This document shows, piece after piece, positions 12,401 through 29,726 of a stretch of DNA of 64,000 nucleotides. The stretch comes from Zygnema circumcarinatum SAG 698-1b (Eukaryota; Plantae; Zygnematophyceae): the NCBI GenBank assembly GCA_037447605.1, contig CM074812.1, positions 1,054,001 to 1,118,000 of the forward strand, read 5' to 3'. The translations under genes and the position numbers were made by a program. The stretch's first letter is position 1; every line of letters begins with the position of its first letter. The notes below the pieces were generated by a model, which did no database searches, had not been told where the DNA came from, and saw only the letters and a list, made by a program, of their open reading frames with translations.

Positions 12401-14967
12401 CGTCCATTATCTCCTTCAACTTCTTCTTCAATGAGCTGGATTGCAACGCCACCATACCCAGCATCAGTGAAGCAACCAAACTCATAGAATGCTTTGCATG
12501 CTAAGTTTGCAAACGGAAAAGGACCAAAGTTTACAATGGAGGACAGGTGAAACAATCGATGCCAAGCAGATAAAGGAAACGCATTTAGCAAAGAGCATCT
12601 TGACAAAGTTAGTCAACCACACCAAAATGACTAAACCTCACTTTGTGATGGACATCCTGCTGCGGTCCGTGCTGCTGCCTTCTCCACACCCAGGTACTGC
12701 TCTGTTCTCTAAATTCTGCAAAAAAAAAAAAAAAAAAAGCACTCTATGTCAATATGACAAATCCGTGCAGGATGTCAGCAAGTATGCATACATTCTGCTT
12801 TCCGCTGGAAACATGCTCCTGTCAACTGATATGTCTCCTTCCAGCTAAAAGCTGCACACTGTTGCATCGTTGAAATTAAACTGACCGCCTTGTCAAGAAC
12901 CTCCACTCGTTTCTTGATACTTCGCGCAATGTTGGTAACTGCGCTGATCTCCTCTTGCATCCGCTGTTTAAGGGCTGCACAAAGCGAGATGAAGAATTCG
13001 ATTGGCATAAAAAAATTGAGGACTTGACTACTTTCCGAGGCCAAAGCAGAAGTCAGGATCCCCCGACAAGTTCATACATATTCAACTTGCCTGCTCCCGT
13101 CAACTTCTCTAATCTTCAAAACACTGGCAAATGAGATACACAGAGAGAAGGCTCGGGCAGATATTTAGACAGAAGGCTGCACCAATCCCAATCTGATTGC
13201 TAACCAGCATTTCAATGCTAAACACGCCTCCTATAACGATGAAACAAACTATTCAACAATTTCTATCCAAAGAACTTCAACTTAATTTGCAGGCATTTAC
13301 ATCAAGCATGAAGTCACATATGCATTGGATTTTTTTTAGCTGCGAAGGAATGGAGCCAAGCCTACCCTTCATGGCAGGAGCCCTCGTGACCAGTTTGCTC
13401 TCCTCGTTATCATCCTGCAAATGGCAATACCTCCATGTCAAATTCCACATGCTTGACAAGTTTTATGATTATCTTGACCTGCATTTATTGCAAACTAAAG
13501 AGCAGGAAATTCTTCCGAATAGAACAGTGAACAATTCCATTCATTTCAACACCGTCAATTAACTCATTAGAAATCGCAGCAGTTCAGGGCTGTCGGTACA
13601 GGATTCGAGCCAAATCATTTATCCATGAGAAAGGAGAAATTTTGAAATCGCCAACGCACTCATAACCTCTCTATTGATGCTTCAAATACTTGCTCCTGAA
13701 CAGTACCTGAAGCTTATGGAGGTGACGTCTAATCAAAGCCATCTGATTCTTGATTTCTGCAACCTGCAAACAAACGGCAAGTCACACGAATATGATGTCA
13801 GCGGCAATGACACCTTTTTTTTTTTTTTACCGATATGAACAAACTGCAAGGACCAAGTTTTCACCTCGCATTTGCATTGCGGGGGAAAATCCACCGAGAA
13901 GCCCATCCTCTACCCCTCTCTTTCCCCCACCCCCCCTCTCCCCCTCCACCTCTCCCTTCCCCTCTCCCCTCCTACCCCTCCCCGCCCCCTCCCCCTCCCC
14001 CTCACCCCCTCCTCCTGCCCTCCCCCCTTCACCCGTTCCACCTCTCCCTCTCCTCTCCTCCCAAATTCACCCCGCTTCACCCCCCTCCCCCCCCCCTTCC
14101 CCCCTCCTTCCCCCTTCACCCCCTTCCCTTCCCTCCCTCCCTCCCTCTCCCCCCCCCCCAACCCTCCCTCACCTTCCCCCTCCCAACCTTCCGCTCCTCC
14201 CCTCTCCCTTCCCCCNNNNNNNNNNCTTCCCCCCCTTCCCCCCTCCCCCCCTTCCCCTCCCCCACCCAACCACCCTCCTCCCATCCTCCTTCCTCCCTCC
14301 CTCTCCTCCCTTTCCCTCACTCTTCTCCGTCCTCCCTCGTCCCTCCTCGCTCTCTCCTCCCTCCTCGCCCTCCTCCCTCGCTTCCTCCTCCCGCCTCTCT
14401 CTCTTCTTAAAGAGTACAAGGAAATGCAAAAAGGGTCAGCGGACCTCCTCAAAAAACTGCTGCAGGTTGCCATCAGTCCCGGAGTCCGGGACCGCCGGAT
14501 CTTCAGGATCGTCTGCCTTTGAGGGAACTCCCGGGCGAGAAACATCCTTCCTTGACACGCTTCCGTCCTGGAAGAAAAAAGCAACCAACACTCTTCAGTT
14601 CTCTGCAGTCCGCACAGAGCCAACGGCGGGCGTGCTTCTACTCATGCTCTAGCAATGCACAAGCGGTCAATACTCACTGCGGCCTTTACCTCCCTCTGCA
14701 ACTCAAGCGGGCCTATTCTTATCCCAACACATCCGTCTCAAATGGTTGAATCATCCTAAAATTTCACTCAATAGAATGATTCCCAATATTTATTCCATAT
14801 TCTTGTTCGAAATATCTTTCTTTCCTTCTTTCATATCTTCCTCTTTTCCAATTGACTCTCGTCGCACATTCTCCCGCTTCAAACCCTACAACCTCACGCT
14901 GCCAAGACCCCTCTCTCCCCCATTCTAGCAGGCCCGGGATGCTCCATACTCCAAGTAGGTCGTTCAT
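9493..14967 (-). CDS. SYP13: Qa-SNARE syntaxin of the SYP1 group, SYP131/132-like
   Basis: Exons 14967-14950 (MNDLLG), 14567-14445, 13763-13707, 13414-13366 ([12 protein letters not shown]), 12974-12886, 12715-12642 ([14 protein letters not shown]), 12435-12393, 12177-12117 (ERRYYT, GC donor), 11827-11802 (VTGEKPDEN), 11488-11411 (AIQEQGRGQ), 10988-10908 ([11 protein letters not shown]), 10613-10548 ([12 protein letters not shown]), 9929-9849, 9585-9493 (C-terminal TM helix, KPWKTS stop). All phases are consistent. Confidence 0.95.
13905..14400. repeat. C-rich polypyrimidine low-complexity tract in a SYP13 intron (G-rich on the sense strand), containing an assembly gap
   Basis: About 500 bp of almost pure C/T with many C4-C10 runs; N gap at 14216-14225. 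Confidence 0.9.
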
Positions 14968-15502
14968 GGCTGCCCGAGTCGAGGAGAAAGTGTACGCTGT
15001 CGCCCTCTCCCGCCTCTCTCTCTCTCCCTCCTCTCTCTCCCTCCTCTCTCTCCCCCCTCTCCCTCTCCCTCTCCCTCTCCCTCTCCCCTCTTCCTCTCCC
15101 TCCCCCTCCCTCTCTCCCCCTCCGCACCAACCCCGCCCGCCCTTTCCGCCCCGCCCGTTCCTGCCGATTCAAAGGCCAGGGCCGATCGTACGGTCCAACG
15201 AGCACCCGTCACATGCTCAGAATTGCGGCCTCCTGTCAGTGTTACAGTTACAGTCACGTTATATTTGAGATGGATCCAGCATCGATGCGCACATATGAAT
15301 TGCTTCAAAAATTTACGCTAATATTCTCCATTGCAAACTGTACGGCAGCCCACATTCTCTTCTTCATAACATCAACATCAACACAAAATTGCTTAAAAAA
15401 TACGCCATTCCCCCTTGAGAGCTGTACGGTCTGCAACATTTGTGTTACCTATTTTTCATTAACGCTACCAACATGTCAGCTTTTGAGCGACCATGAGATG
15501 AG

Positions 15503-15620
15503 CCTAGGCGTAGTTTTCCGCTCCCAAGCTTTTTTCTTTTGACCTTAGATCCTTTGCGACCAGTTTCTCGTGGTTCCCCATGCTGATGTTGGCCATGTAC
15601 ATTTGATGGCCTCGCCATCG
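15503..15620 (+). repeat. Dispersed repeat, copy 1 (copy 2 at 50761-50877); probably a transposon remnant
   Basis: Both loci share CCTAGGCGTAGTTTTCCGCTCC ... TCCTTTG(C/T)GACCAGT ... CGTGGTTCC ... CCATGTA ... TTTGATGGCCTCGCCATCG in the same order and spacing. Confidence 0.7.
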
Positions 15621-15952
15621 TGAGACCAATGCCACTTCCTCATTCCTTTAGACCATGAGATCAATATACCGAAAATTTTGTTTAACATCGACCTTACCAT
15701 GAACATGAACTTGTCCAAGCCATTGGTACAGCCTCGACAACTGTACGGTCAAGTTCTCCGTACGATATAGGACATAAAAATCTTCCTATCCGCCAAATAA
15801 GGACACGCCACGTGGCATCTTAAGTGGACACTTGTCACGCGGCGAACGGCTTCCAGAAAAAAAGATTTGAGACAGATCGTATCGTGTGGCGGCCAGCGAT
15901 CGTACGGACAGAGGGGATCTATGTACGAACGTACGGATTTATCAGGCAGAGA

Positions 15953-16031
15953 TTAGGGTTAGGGTTAGGGCTAGGGCTGGAAGGAGGAAGGACAAAATTA
16001 GGGTTAGGGTTAGGATTAGGATTAGGGTTAG
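15953..16031 (+). repeat. Telomere-like TTAGGG hexamer cluster (telo-box-like) immediately upstream of the NSL1-like ATG
   Basis: (TTAGGG)3 CTAGGG at 15953-15976, then TTAGGG TTAGGG TTAGGA TTAGGA TTAGGG TTAG at 16008-16031. The cluster ends 9 bp before the ATG at 16041. Confidence 0.8.
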
Positions 16032-16040
16032 AGGCGAGCC

Positions 16041-21878
<5,838 letters not shown>

Positions 21879-22154
21879 GCCTCAGTGCTTATGCAGGCGA
21901 AAGCATGAGTGTAGTCCAGGCCAGCCAAACATCCCCCACCAAGAAGGGGAAATAAAGGGCTATGTGCATTCTTTGTTGTTTGATAGATTTTCTAACCTAA
22001 TTCGATTTGCTTCTCCTATCAGTCAACTGTTCGTACTTGCAATGTCAATCTTTGAATCATGCTTCCTACTGCTTTGACTTTGATGATTTTTTGGTGTCAG
22101 TTACCTGCCCTGCCCTGCCCGGACCGTCGTGCTGGCTGACCCGAGCGGGCTTAG

Positions 22155-22352
22155 CAAAGGTCCAAACCCTAATTCACATAGAACCAGTGGCGCGTTTAAC
22201 GGTGAAGTAACAAAGGTGCAAACCCTAATTCACATAGAATCAGTGGCGCGTTTAACGGCGACGTAACAAAGATGCAAACCCTAATTCCCATAGAACCAGT
22301 GGCGCGTTTAACGGTGAAGAAACAAAGGTCCAAACCCTAATTCACATAGAAC
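22155..22352 (+). repeat. 56-bp tandem repeat (3.5 copies), each unit containing a telo-box AAACCCTAA, in the SR45 promoter
   Basis: Units start at 22155, 22211, 22267 and 22323. Consensus CAAAGGTCCAAACCCTAATTCACATAGAACCAGTGGCGCGTTTAACGGTGAAGTAA. Confidence 0.95.
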
Positions 22353-22471
22353 GCGCTTTCTAACGACAACATAGATAGCGATCCAAGCGGAGAAAGAGGG
22401 CTACTGCCGCCTCTCCTTCCAACGCGCTCCTCCTCTCAGCGCCCAGGAGATTAGGGCAGCTGGCGCCATCC

Positions 22472-25400
22472 ATGGCGCGCCGCTCGGCCTCTCCCTCCCC
22501 CTCCAAGTCCGCGTCCTCCTACTCGCGCTCCTCCTCCGGCAGTCCCTCGCGCTCGCGTTCTGTCTCGGGCTCAGACTCCGACAGCGGGCGGAGCAAGAGC
22601 CCTGTGCGCCAAAAAAGGTGACTGCGATAAGCCTTGGAGCCAATATTGCTCCTCGTATTCTGACCTTATCCGTTGTTTACAGAAATTTTGGGTTTTCAGC
22701 TGGTTTCGCTTTTCCGAGCGAGGGCATCTATGCTCTGTTCTTCGCTTAGCTGGGCTTCTGCTCTCAGGTTCTAGGTCATCTAGTGTAGAGCACCATGGCT
22801 GTAGCATTTTAATTTAATGCGGTGCCATGTAGTAGTGTTTCGTTAACCCTTCCTTCCGCCGGAATACTGCAGTGCTGCTGCTCCAACCGCGCCTCTTCCA
22901 CCTCCACCAGCACGTGATGAACCTCCAGTGCCGCCTGCAAAGAAAGTCGATGCCCTTCCACGGTACGGCTATTGCTTGTAGCTTCACAATGACAAGTTGT
23001 GACCCTTGTCTATCTTGCGGATGCACCAGGATTCTCAATTGCAGCTATGGAGTCTATGGGGACGTTTTTCGGGTGCCCTTTCTCGAAAACAGACTGATGT
23101 AGCAAGTTGCGGCTCTTGAAAGGATGAAGCGCATATTTTGCTATTTATCTCTGCATTTTTAGACCCAATGCAGTGCTTTGTCTTGCCTTGGAACTTATCT
23201 CAAGGTGATCCATTTTCGGCGTGGCTTGCGCTGTCTTTTTCATTTTGTTGCTTTCTGTGCAGTGGTGGCATGTTTGAGTTGAAGGGTTTTATTTCGCTGA
23301 CTCGATAAGCAGAGTAATTTTAGATTTCCAATTTAGAGGATAGTTAGGCATTTAATGGCTCGTTTATGTCAATACTCTCACCTTTTGCATTAAATTTCAC
23401 ACCCCCCGCTTTTTTTCCTCCCCTATATCAATATTCAGGTTTTCGTGCTCAACAATTGATTTTCGAATCTTAGCGGGTTGTTATTTATTTTTTTGCCGTC
23501 TGTTTTCTCCAGCTCAGTCCTTTTGCAAATGCGTTGTCAGCCAGCGTTTTGAGAATATATGCTAGCTGATTCCTTTCGAGGCCTAGGACGAAACTGGAGA
23601 CTTCACTTTGAGTCACACGAATACTGCCTGATCTTGCATTTCTATGGAGGCTGGACAGAGAGGTGCGCGAACCCACTCCTGAATCAACGAAGCTGCACAT
23701 CGGGTGCTTGACGCGAAATGTTACCGAGGAGCATTTGAGGGAAATCTTCGGTAAGTTCACTTTGCACTGTTTCTGTTATCTGTATTGTAAACTGCACACT
23801 TTCAAGCAGTCTCTTGAATAGCGGATTGGCAACAGATGAGACTCTCCTATTCGTCATAGCAGCATTAGTTTGTGCCAACTGAAGTTTTGCCTATCATTTT
23901 TGTTAATCTATTCTGGCTACTGCTGTGGTTCTACTATGCATAGTGTGCCTCTGCACTTTTCAGGCACGTGTGTGCAGCGTTGGGTTTTTAATCTCCTTGA
24001 GCATTATGCAGAAATGTTTATTGTACGGTATCATGAATTTTGGGGATGGATAGGTTTGTACGGAGAGGTGACATATGTCGAGCTGTCGATGGATAAACAG
24101 GTAAGCAGGCTAGTCTTGTTGAACTGTGGGTTTTATATGGTGAAACGTCACGTATCAAGGCTGTGAGAGGATGGAAGTCTTTAAGTCGGATCCACTTGTA
24201 CGTAAGGTAAAGGGAGTTGATTTGTTCAGATCTGTCTCGCTAGGACCAGTTTCTTTTTAAATCGTAGTGTTTGATCAGCAGGGCCATTTCGCAACGTGGA
24301 TATTGAGTCATGAAAGCGGCGTAGAATAGTTTGTTTCAGCAAAGTGGCCATTTTCACTGACCACCGCTTTGTGCTGAGTTGGGATAAAGCTCTGGATGAA
24401 ACCTTTTCGTTATGAAGTGATGAGTTACTTCATACTAGCCAATCCATTTGTTGGATGCTTTATACTGGATGTTGTCGTGTTTCAGGTTAGCTTGTAGTTT
24501 AAATTAACGTTACATGCGCGTTTCATTACACAAGGCGACAAAGGTTGTATTTTGCCTCTTAGATCAGCACACTTAAAGTTGAAGTTGACGTTGAAGCTTA
24601 GACCGCGGTTTGGTGTTTCCCTTGCAGCTTGATGTTAAATGTGCAGTTAAGGCCAAGTGAATTTGGGGATGTTTTGAGATTCATGTACAGATTGGATCTC
24701 TCAATACAGTGAGTAAATGTGGGGTTGGGCTCCTCGCTTCTATTAGGTCAACTTGCCAAAAGGCTTTGGATACGTGGAGTATAAGACAAGGCTTGAAGCT
24801 GAAAAGGCACAGCAGCACATGGACGGAGTAAGTCACTGGTTTCCCAACTCTTCAAGCCTGCAAAGGAAGGATTGGCTTGACAGTTGTGCTCACATGACTC
24901 CACTCAAGAAACTGTCCCCTCGTTTGACTGTCTGGAATCTATCTGAAGTCATTTCTTAGTGCTCTAAAGAAGAAGAAGATCTTGGCTGACTAATCAACTG
25001 GAGGTAGAAGCAATGAAAGGCATTCGATTCGTTTATACACAGGTCTAATGTATGCACGTGTCTGTGGCTGAATTGTCTAATCAAAGTACTGTGATTGGTC
25101 GAAGGATATCCTGACCTGACTGAACAAATCCGTGTAGAACTAATCAAGCTGTTTCAAATTCGTCAAAAGGAACACTTACTTTCATATTTTCTTCAGCGCC
25201 TGAAACCACATAGATTTGTACAGAGGTCCACTCTCCCTCCCCTTTCCTCATGCCCCTTTTTCGTTTTTTTCACTGGTCCATCCCAAAGCAGTTGAATTAG
25301 TCAAAACTTGAACTTGAATACTGTTTTCTACGCTATTGTGTTTTTGCAGGGACAAATAGATGGGAACGTAGTAAGTGCCCAGTTTGTTCTTGTGCCTCGA

Positions 25401-27551
25401 CAACCAAAGGTAGCTCCTCCTCCAAGCAGGCCGCTACCTCATCCTGCACGGGGTCCAAGAGATGGTGGCAAAGATGGGCCAAATAGAGGGAGGGGAGAGT
25501 CTCCCCCTCCAAGAGGTCGCCGCTCACCAAGTCCGCGAAGGAGAGGGGAATCGCCGAGAAGGCGTGGGGCATCTCCTCCTCCTCGAAGGAGGTCTCCTTC
25601 GCCAGGGAGAGGAAGGCGCAGATCACCCATCAGGTAGGTTGTTCAGGGTGTTCATATTAGGCACACTGCTTGTGTAGGGTGGAGTATAACAAGGGTTTTT
25701 ACTGCTGGGAAGTAGGGGATTGCATGAACACCTCGTTGGTTACTACCGTGGAAGGAATGAGCTGTTTCAGCAGAATTGTTGTTTGGGTGATTTGAATCTT
25801 GTACAGGCCATTGCGACGGCCAAGGACTCCGCCAGGAAGACGTTTATCTCCCATACTATACCGACGAGACCGCAGGTATAGCCTCGGAACTTGGTTTTGT
25901 GAACTACAGTATTTTAATTTGTTGCTTGAATCCCTATGTTTCCTGAGCCGGCTGAGTGCCGTCTTATGACAGGTTGAGAGCCAACTTTATTCCTCACTAG
26001 AAACTGCCGCTTTAGTGGTCAGCGACAAGCTACTCGATGCAAGCCCTTACGTTTTTGGTACTATTTTTTTGAACTCTTTCGCATAGCAGGTCTCCTCTCC
26101 CTCCACGACGCAGGTCACCCATTCCTCGAAGATCGTCCCCTCCTCCTCGAAGAATTCCCCGCAGCCGCAGTCCTCCCCCTCGTAAACCATTAAGGTCTCG
26201 TACGCCACCACGAAGGTATGCGATTCTTGCTTAGCTTGAATTATTGCAGTCCCGTGAAGTGGCTGATACTGATTCTCATGCATTGCAACTTCAGTTTTCT
26301 GTTTCATTCGCAGTATTACGTTTGTAATCAAGCCCATTGCAAAATTTTGTTAGCTTACAACTGCAGACAACGATACATACTTGTTGGACACTTGAAATTT
26401 GTCTTTTTTTGGTTTTTCTTGTTTCATGTGGGCAATGTTGGGTCATGGTGGTGCAGGGCGCGCTCTCCACTGACCAAGAGGCCACGGTCAAGCTCAGTCT
26501 CCTCTGAGTCGCCACCAGCCAGCCCTTCCAAAACGGTGAGAGTCACACGGAACAGGTCATGTATAGTAGTCATTTGGAAGCAAGTGAGAGTATTGGTATC
26601 GATTTCAGGGTTGAAGTCTCCGAAGCCTAAGTTTCGGACATCCAGCTTTTGGGGCACAACGTATTCCAGAAGCATGCGTGCTGATTGCTTGTGAAGCAAT
26701 GGACACGCAATGATAATATAATATATAGATATATGATATGATATGATGATAGGATACGCAATGATCTTGGATTTGGACTGCAGACTTGTTTTAAGGGTCA
26801 TTCGACAATAGACAAGGATCAGTTTGAAATCAAATACTGGACGAAAAATGATTGCCCACACAGTATAGGTTGTAAAGGCCTATGGAGAAGCAATCTATGG
26901 ATTTGTGTATCCTAAACCTTCTCTTCGCTGAATCCAGCCATTGGGTCATTTGATTGCATCCAGTGAAAATGATCTTTATGACAGAAAGATACAGAAGCCT
27001 GACTGTTTGAATACTTATAGCCAAGAAAAGCTGAATACTATTTCATCAGCCTCACATGTGTTTCACCCATGAACAAGCTTTCTTGTTGGCTTTCGAAAAT
27101 GAGACAATTGCCATGAAAAACTAGTATAGGAATTTCTTGAACAATGACCACTTTTCATGATTCCCCCCGAGACGTGACCTTGGACATATGCTCCTGTTCG
27201 AGAAATGACCGGTTGTTACTTGCCTCCATGTTCTTAATACACAAGGGGGCTCACAACACTTTCTAGATTGTTCTATGACTGTTCTACAGAAAGCGCTGCC
27301 CCCACGTGGAAGGGCAAAGCAGGATACCGAAAGCCCGAGCAGGTCAGAACAATGTCCTGAAATCTTTCCAGTCAAAGTATTACGTCAGATGCAGGCAGGC
27401 AGAAGTAGCAGATTTGTTCCCTATTCAATACAAAGTTGTTGGAAAGAGATGGTTTCATGGTATGGTTGCTACTGGTTGTGGAAAATGCAGGTCTCGAAGT
27501 CGTGGCAGCTCATCCGATCACAGCAGCTCTCCCACCAAGACTAACAGGTGA
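22472..27551 (+). CDS. SR45: Serine/arginine-rich splicing factor SR45 (RNPS1 orthologue): RS - RRM - RS
   Basis: Exons 22472-22617 (Ser-rich), 22873-22962, 23659-23750 (KLHIGCLTRNVTEEHLREIFG), 24054-24100, 24747-24827 (VNLPKGFGYVEYKTRLEAEKAQQHMDG), 25350-25633 (GQIDGN... RS-rich), then RS/SP-rich exons from about 25807, 26090, 26457, 27289 and 27491, with a probable stop at 27551. The distal exon boundaries are less certain. Confidence 0.9.
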
Positions 27552-28821
27552 GGAATTTTTTGAACGGCGGTTCAAGATTACAAAGGCAGAGGGTGCTTCA
27601 GCTGTCAGACGAGGGTGACATTCTCCATGATTTGTGTTGAACTGAAATGCTGTTGCATTTTTTATCACACAGGCAGGAAAAAGCAGCCAGTTGGGAATGC
27701 TCAGGCCTAACGTATTGTCGGTGAAAATTGGTCTGTTATTTCTTGGAAAAGAAGCTGGGGTAGGCCGGTAAGTGTATGCTGGAGTTAGTCTCGAGTATTC
27801 CCTTTCTTGGGTGGAGTAGGTAAATTCCTGGCTGCTTTCTGCTTGAAGTGTATTTGTGAGAAGGACAAGTGTGGTGTTTTTTTCATACCCAGGCCGAGTG
27901 GCAAGTATGCAAGGGAGCAGGTCTTGTTTCACGGTAATGCTTTTTATGGAAGGTGTGTAGAGGTTATAAATCCCTCCAAATACGATTGATACTTGCAGCT
28001 TTGGCGGCTCCCTGTGCAAGCTTTGCTGCTGCATTTTTGGGAGCAGCTTATGCTTTCCTGCTGGGTGTAGTCAATTTCTGCGAAACAGCCTCTATCGTTG
28101 TGACAGAACTGAGCATATTCACTTGGCTTTTAGTCTTTTTTAGGAGCTGCTCTCTTTCTCTCCCTCTTGCTCTCACTAGTGCTCTCTCTCTCTCGCTGCC
28201 CACTCTGCCACCCTAACCTCTCTCTTGCCACAGCTCAATGTGCAAATCTTGGTGAGAATATGGGGGGTCTGATGCTTCATGTGAATGAACTTGCACGCTT
28301 GCAGGGCAGAAATGAGAAGACTGCTTTGAGAAGTATGATAGGATTCGTCAGATTGTAGCCTCGTCTAAACGTTTCTAAATCTTCATCCTGTTTGGCTTTG
28401 ACTTTCGTGGCAGATAGTTTTTTACCGGCCGCGCCTCCTGCCACATGACGCAACGCCAACAGCTGCAAGCAGTGCTCGTTTGTTGTCTTTCATCGACAGC
28501 CATTGCACTGCTTATTGTGTATGTGCTGCAGGATGCCACGGCTAATGCTTTGTATTTTGCAGGGCGGGCTTGTGAAGGGAAGAGGAGGTCAGGTCCACAG
28601 CATGGGATGGGATGGGATGGGATGGGATGGGTGCATGGGATGGCCATCACATGCATACTGTTCAAGTTCGTTTAGGGTGTGTCCATGGAGGGGGTGAGCT
28701 GCAGCGGTTTCCAGAGGGGACAAACAGATATAGGAGTGTGAGGATTAACTGGGGCTCTGTCTGAGGCAGATAGTGTCATACTGAGTATATTGCATCACAA
28801 GGTTGAGTCGGAGGTAGTGTC

Positions 28822-29217
28822 TCAAGACTGAGTTCCCCTTCTACAGAGACATGGTCTGCGTGCATTGTCTGCATGGTAGCCATAGAGACCACAGCGATGT
28901 TTGGCACCGGGAGGAGGGCGACCTCGTTTCATCTCTGCTTGGGGACGGCCTCTTTTGGCAGTCGCGAGAGTCTCCCTACCTTCATCTTCATCTTCATCTT
29001 CATCTTCATCTTCGGCGAGGGAGATCGGCCCCGCCTCCGTTTCTGCTCGTGTCCAAGCGCAAGGATGGAACTGGAGAAGCTGAGGCTGCCCTTGTGGAGG
29101 GTGGAGGGCTTGCGGAAAAGTGGGGTTAACGGAGGCTGAAGGGTTTTGGTAGGGGAGGGGAGGAGGTTTGGGAGGTGAAGGAGAGGTGAGGAGCGGAGAC
29201 AAGGCGTGATAGTCCAA
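28822..29217 (-). other. Unassigned ATG-initiated ORF (131 aa): Pro-rich, acidic ED run, two KRGRP AT-hook-like motifs, degenerate knuckle-like CGLYGYHADNARRPC
   Basis: ORF track translation only. No splice-consistent extension could be established. Confidence 0.25.
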
Positions 29218-29726
29218 TGACTGGGTCCAATTTTGGCTTGGATTTCACTCACTTGGGGTTAAGGAGGTGAGAGGGAGGCCAATGCGAGTTGTTGAGGGGT
29301 CTTACACCGGTGTGAGAGGGACGCTTTTGTGTACCTTTGGATGAGTCGCACCTGCATCGTGAGATAGTGCAGCTACAGCCTTGGATGAGCGCAACTTGCA
29401 CTGTGGAATGAAAGGGTTGGATGAAAACTTACATGCGAATTATGTGCGCATGCGCTTGTGCCATTGCGCCTATGGATTGCGCCACCACGTCCTTGCATCT
29501 TTGGATGAAGCAGGCACGCCTGCACCGTTCTATGCATACAATCACAGCAGGGGCGTGTGACGCGCAACACAACGAGACATCTTCCGCGCTTTGAGGCGCG
29601 TATGACCCGCAACGAGACAAAACGTCGTCTGCGCTGGGGCGCGTATGACACGCAACGCGACAAAACATCGTCCGCGGTGTGGCGCGTTTGACCCGCAAAG
29701 CGACAAAACTTCTTCCGTGCTGTGGG

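Noticed and set aside
13750-14652. Pro-rich (extensin-like) and Gly/Arg-rich ORFs
   Set aside because: They derive from the C-rich intronic tract, cross an N gap, and lie antisense to or within SYP13 exons.
22155-22352. CRISPR-like appearance of the 56-bp array
   Set aside because: The units are contiguous tandem copies with no unique spacers, there are no cas genes, and the context is eukaryotic.
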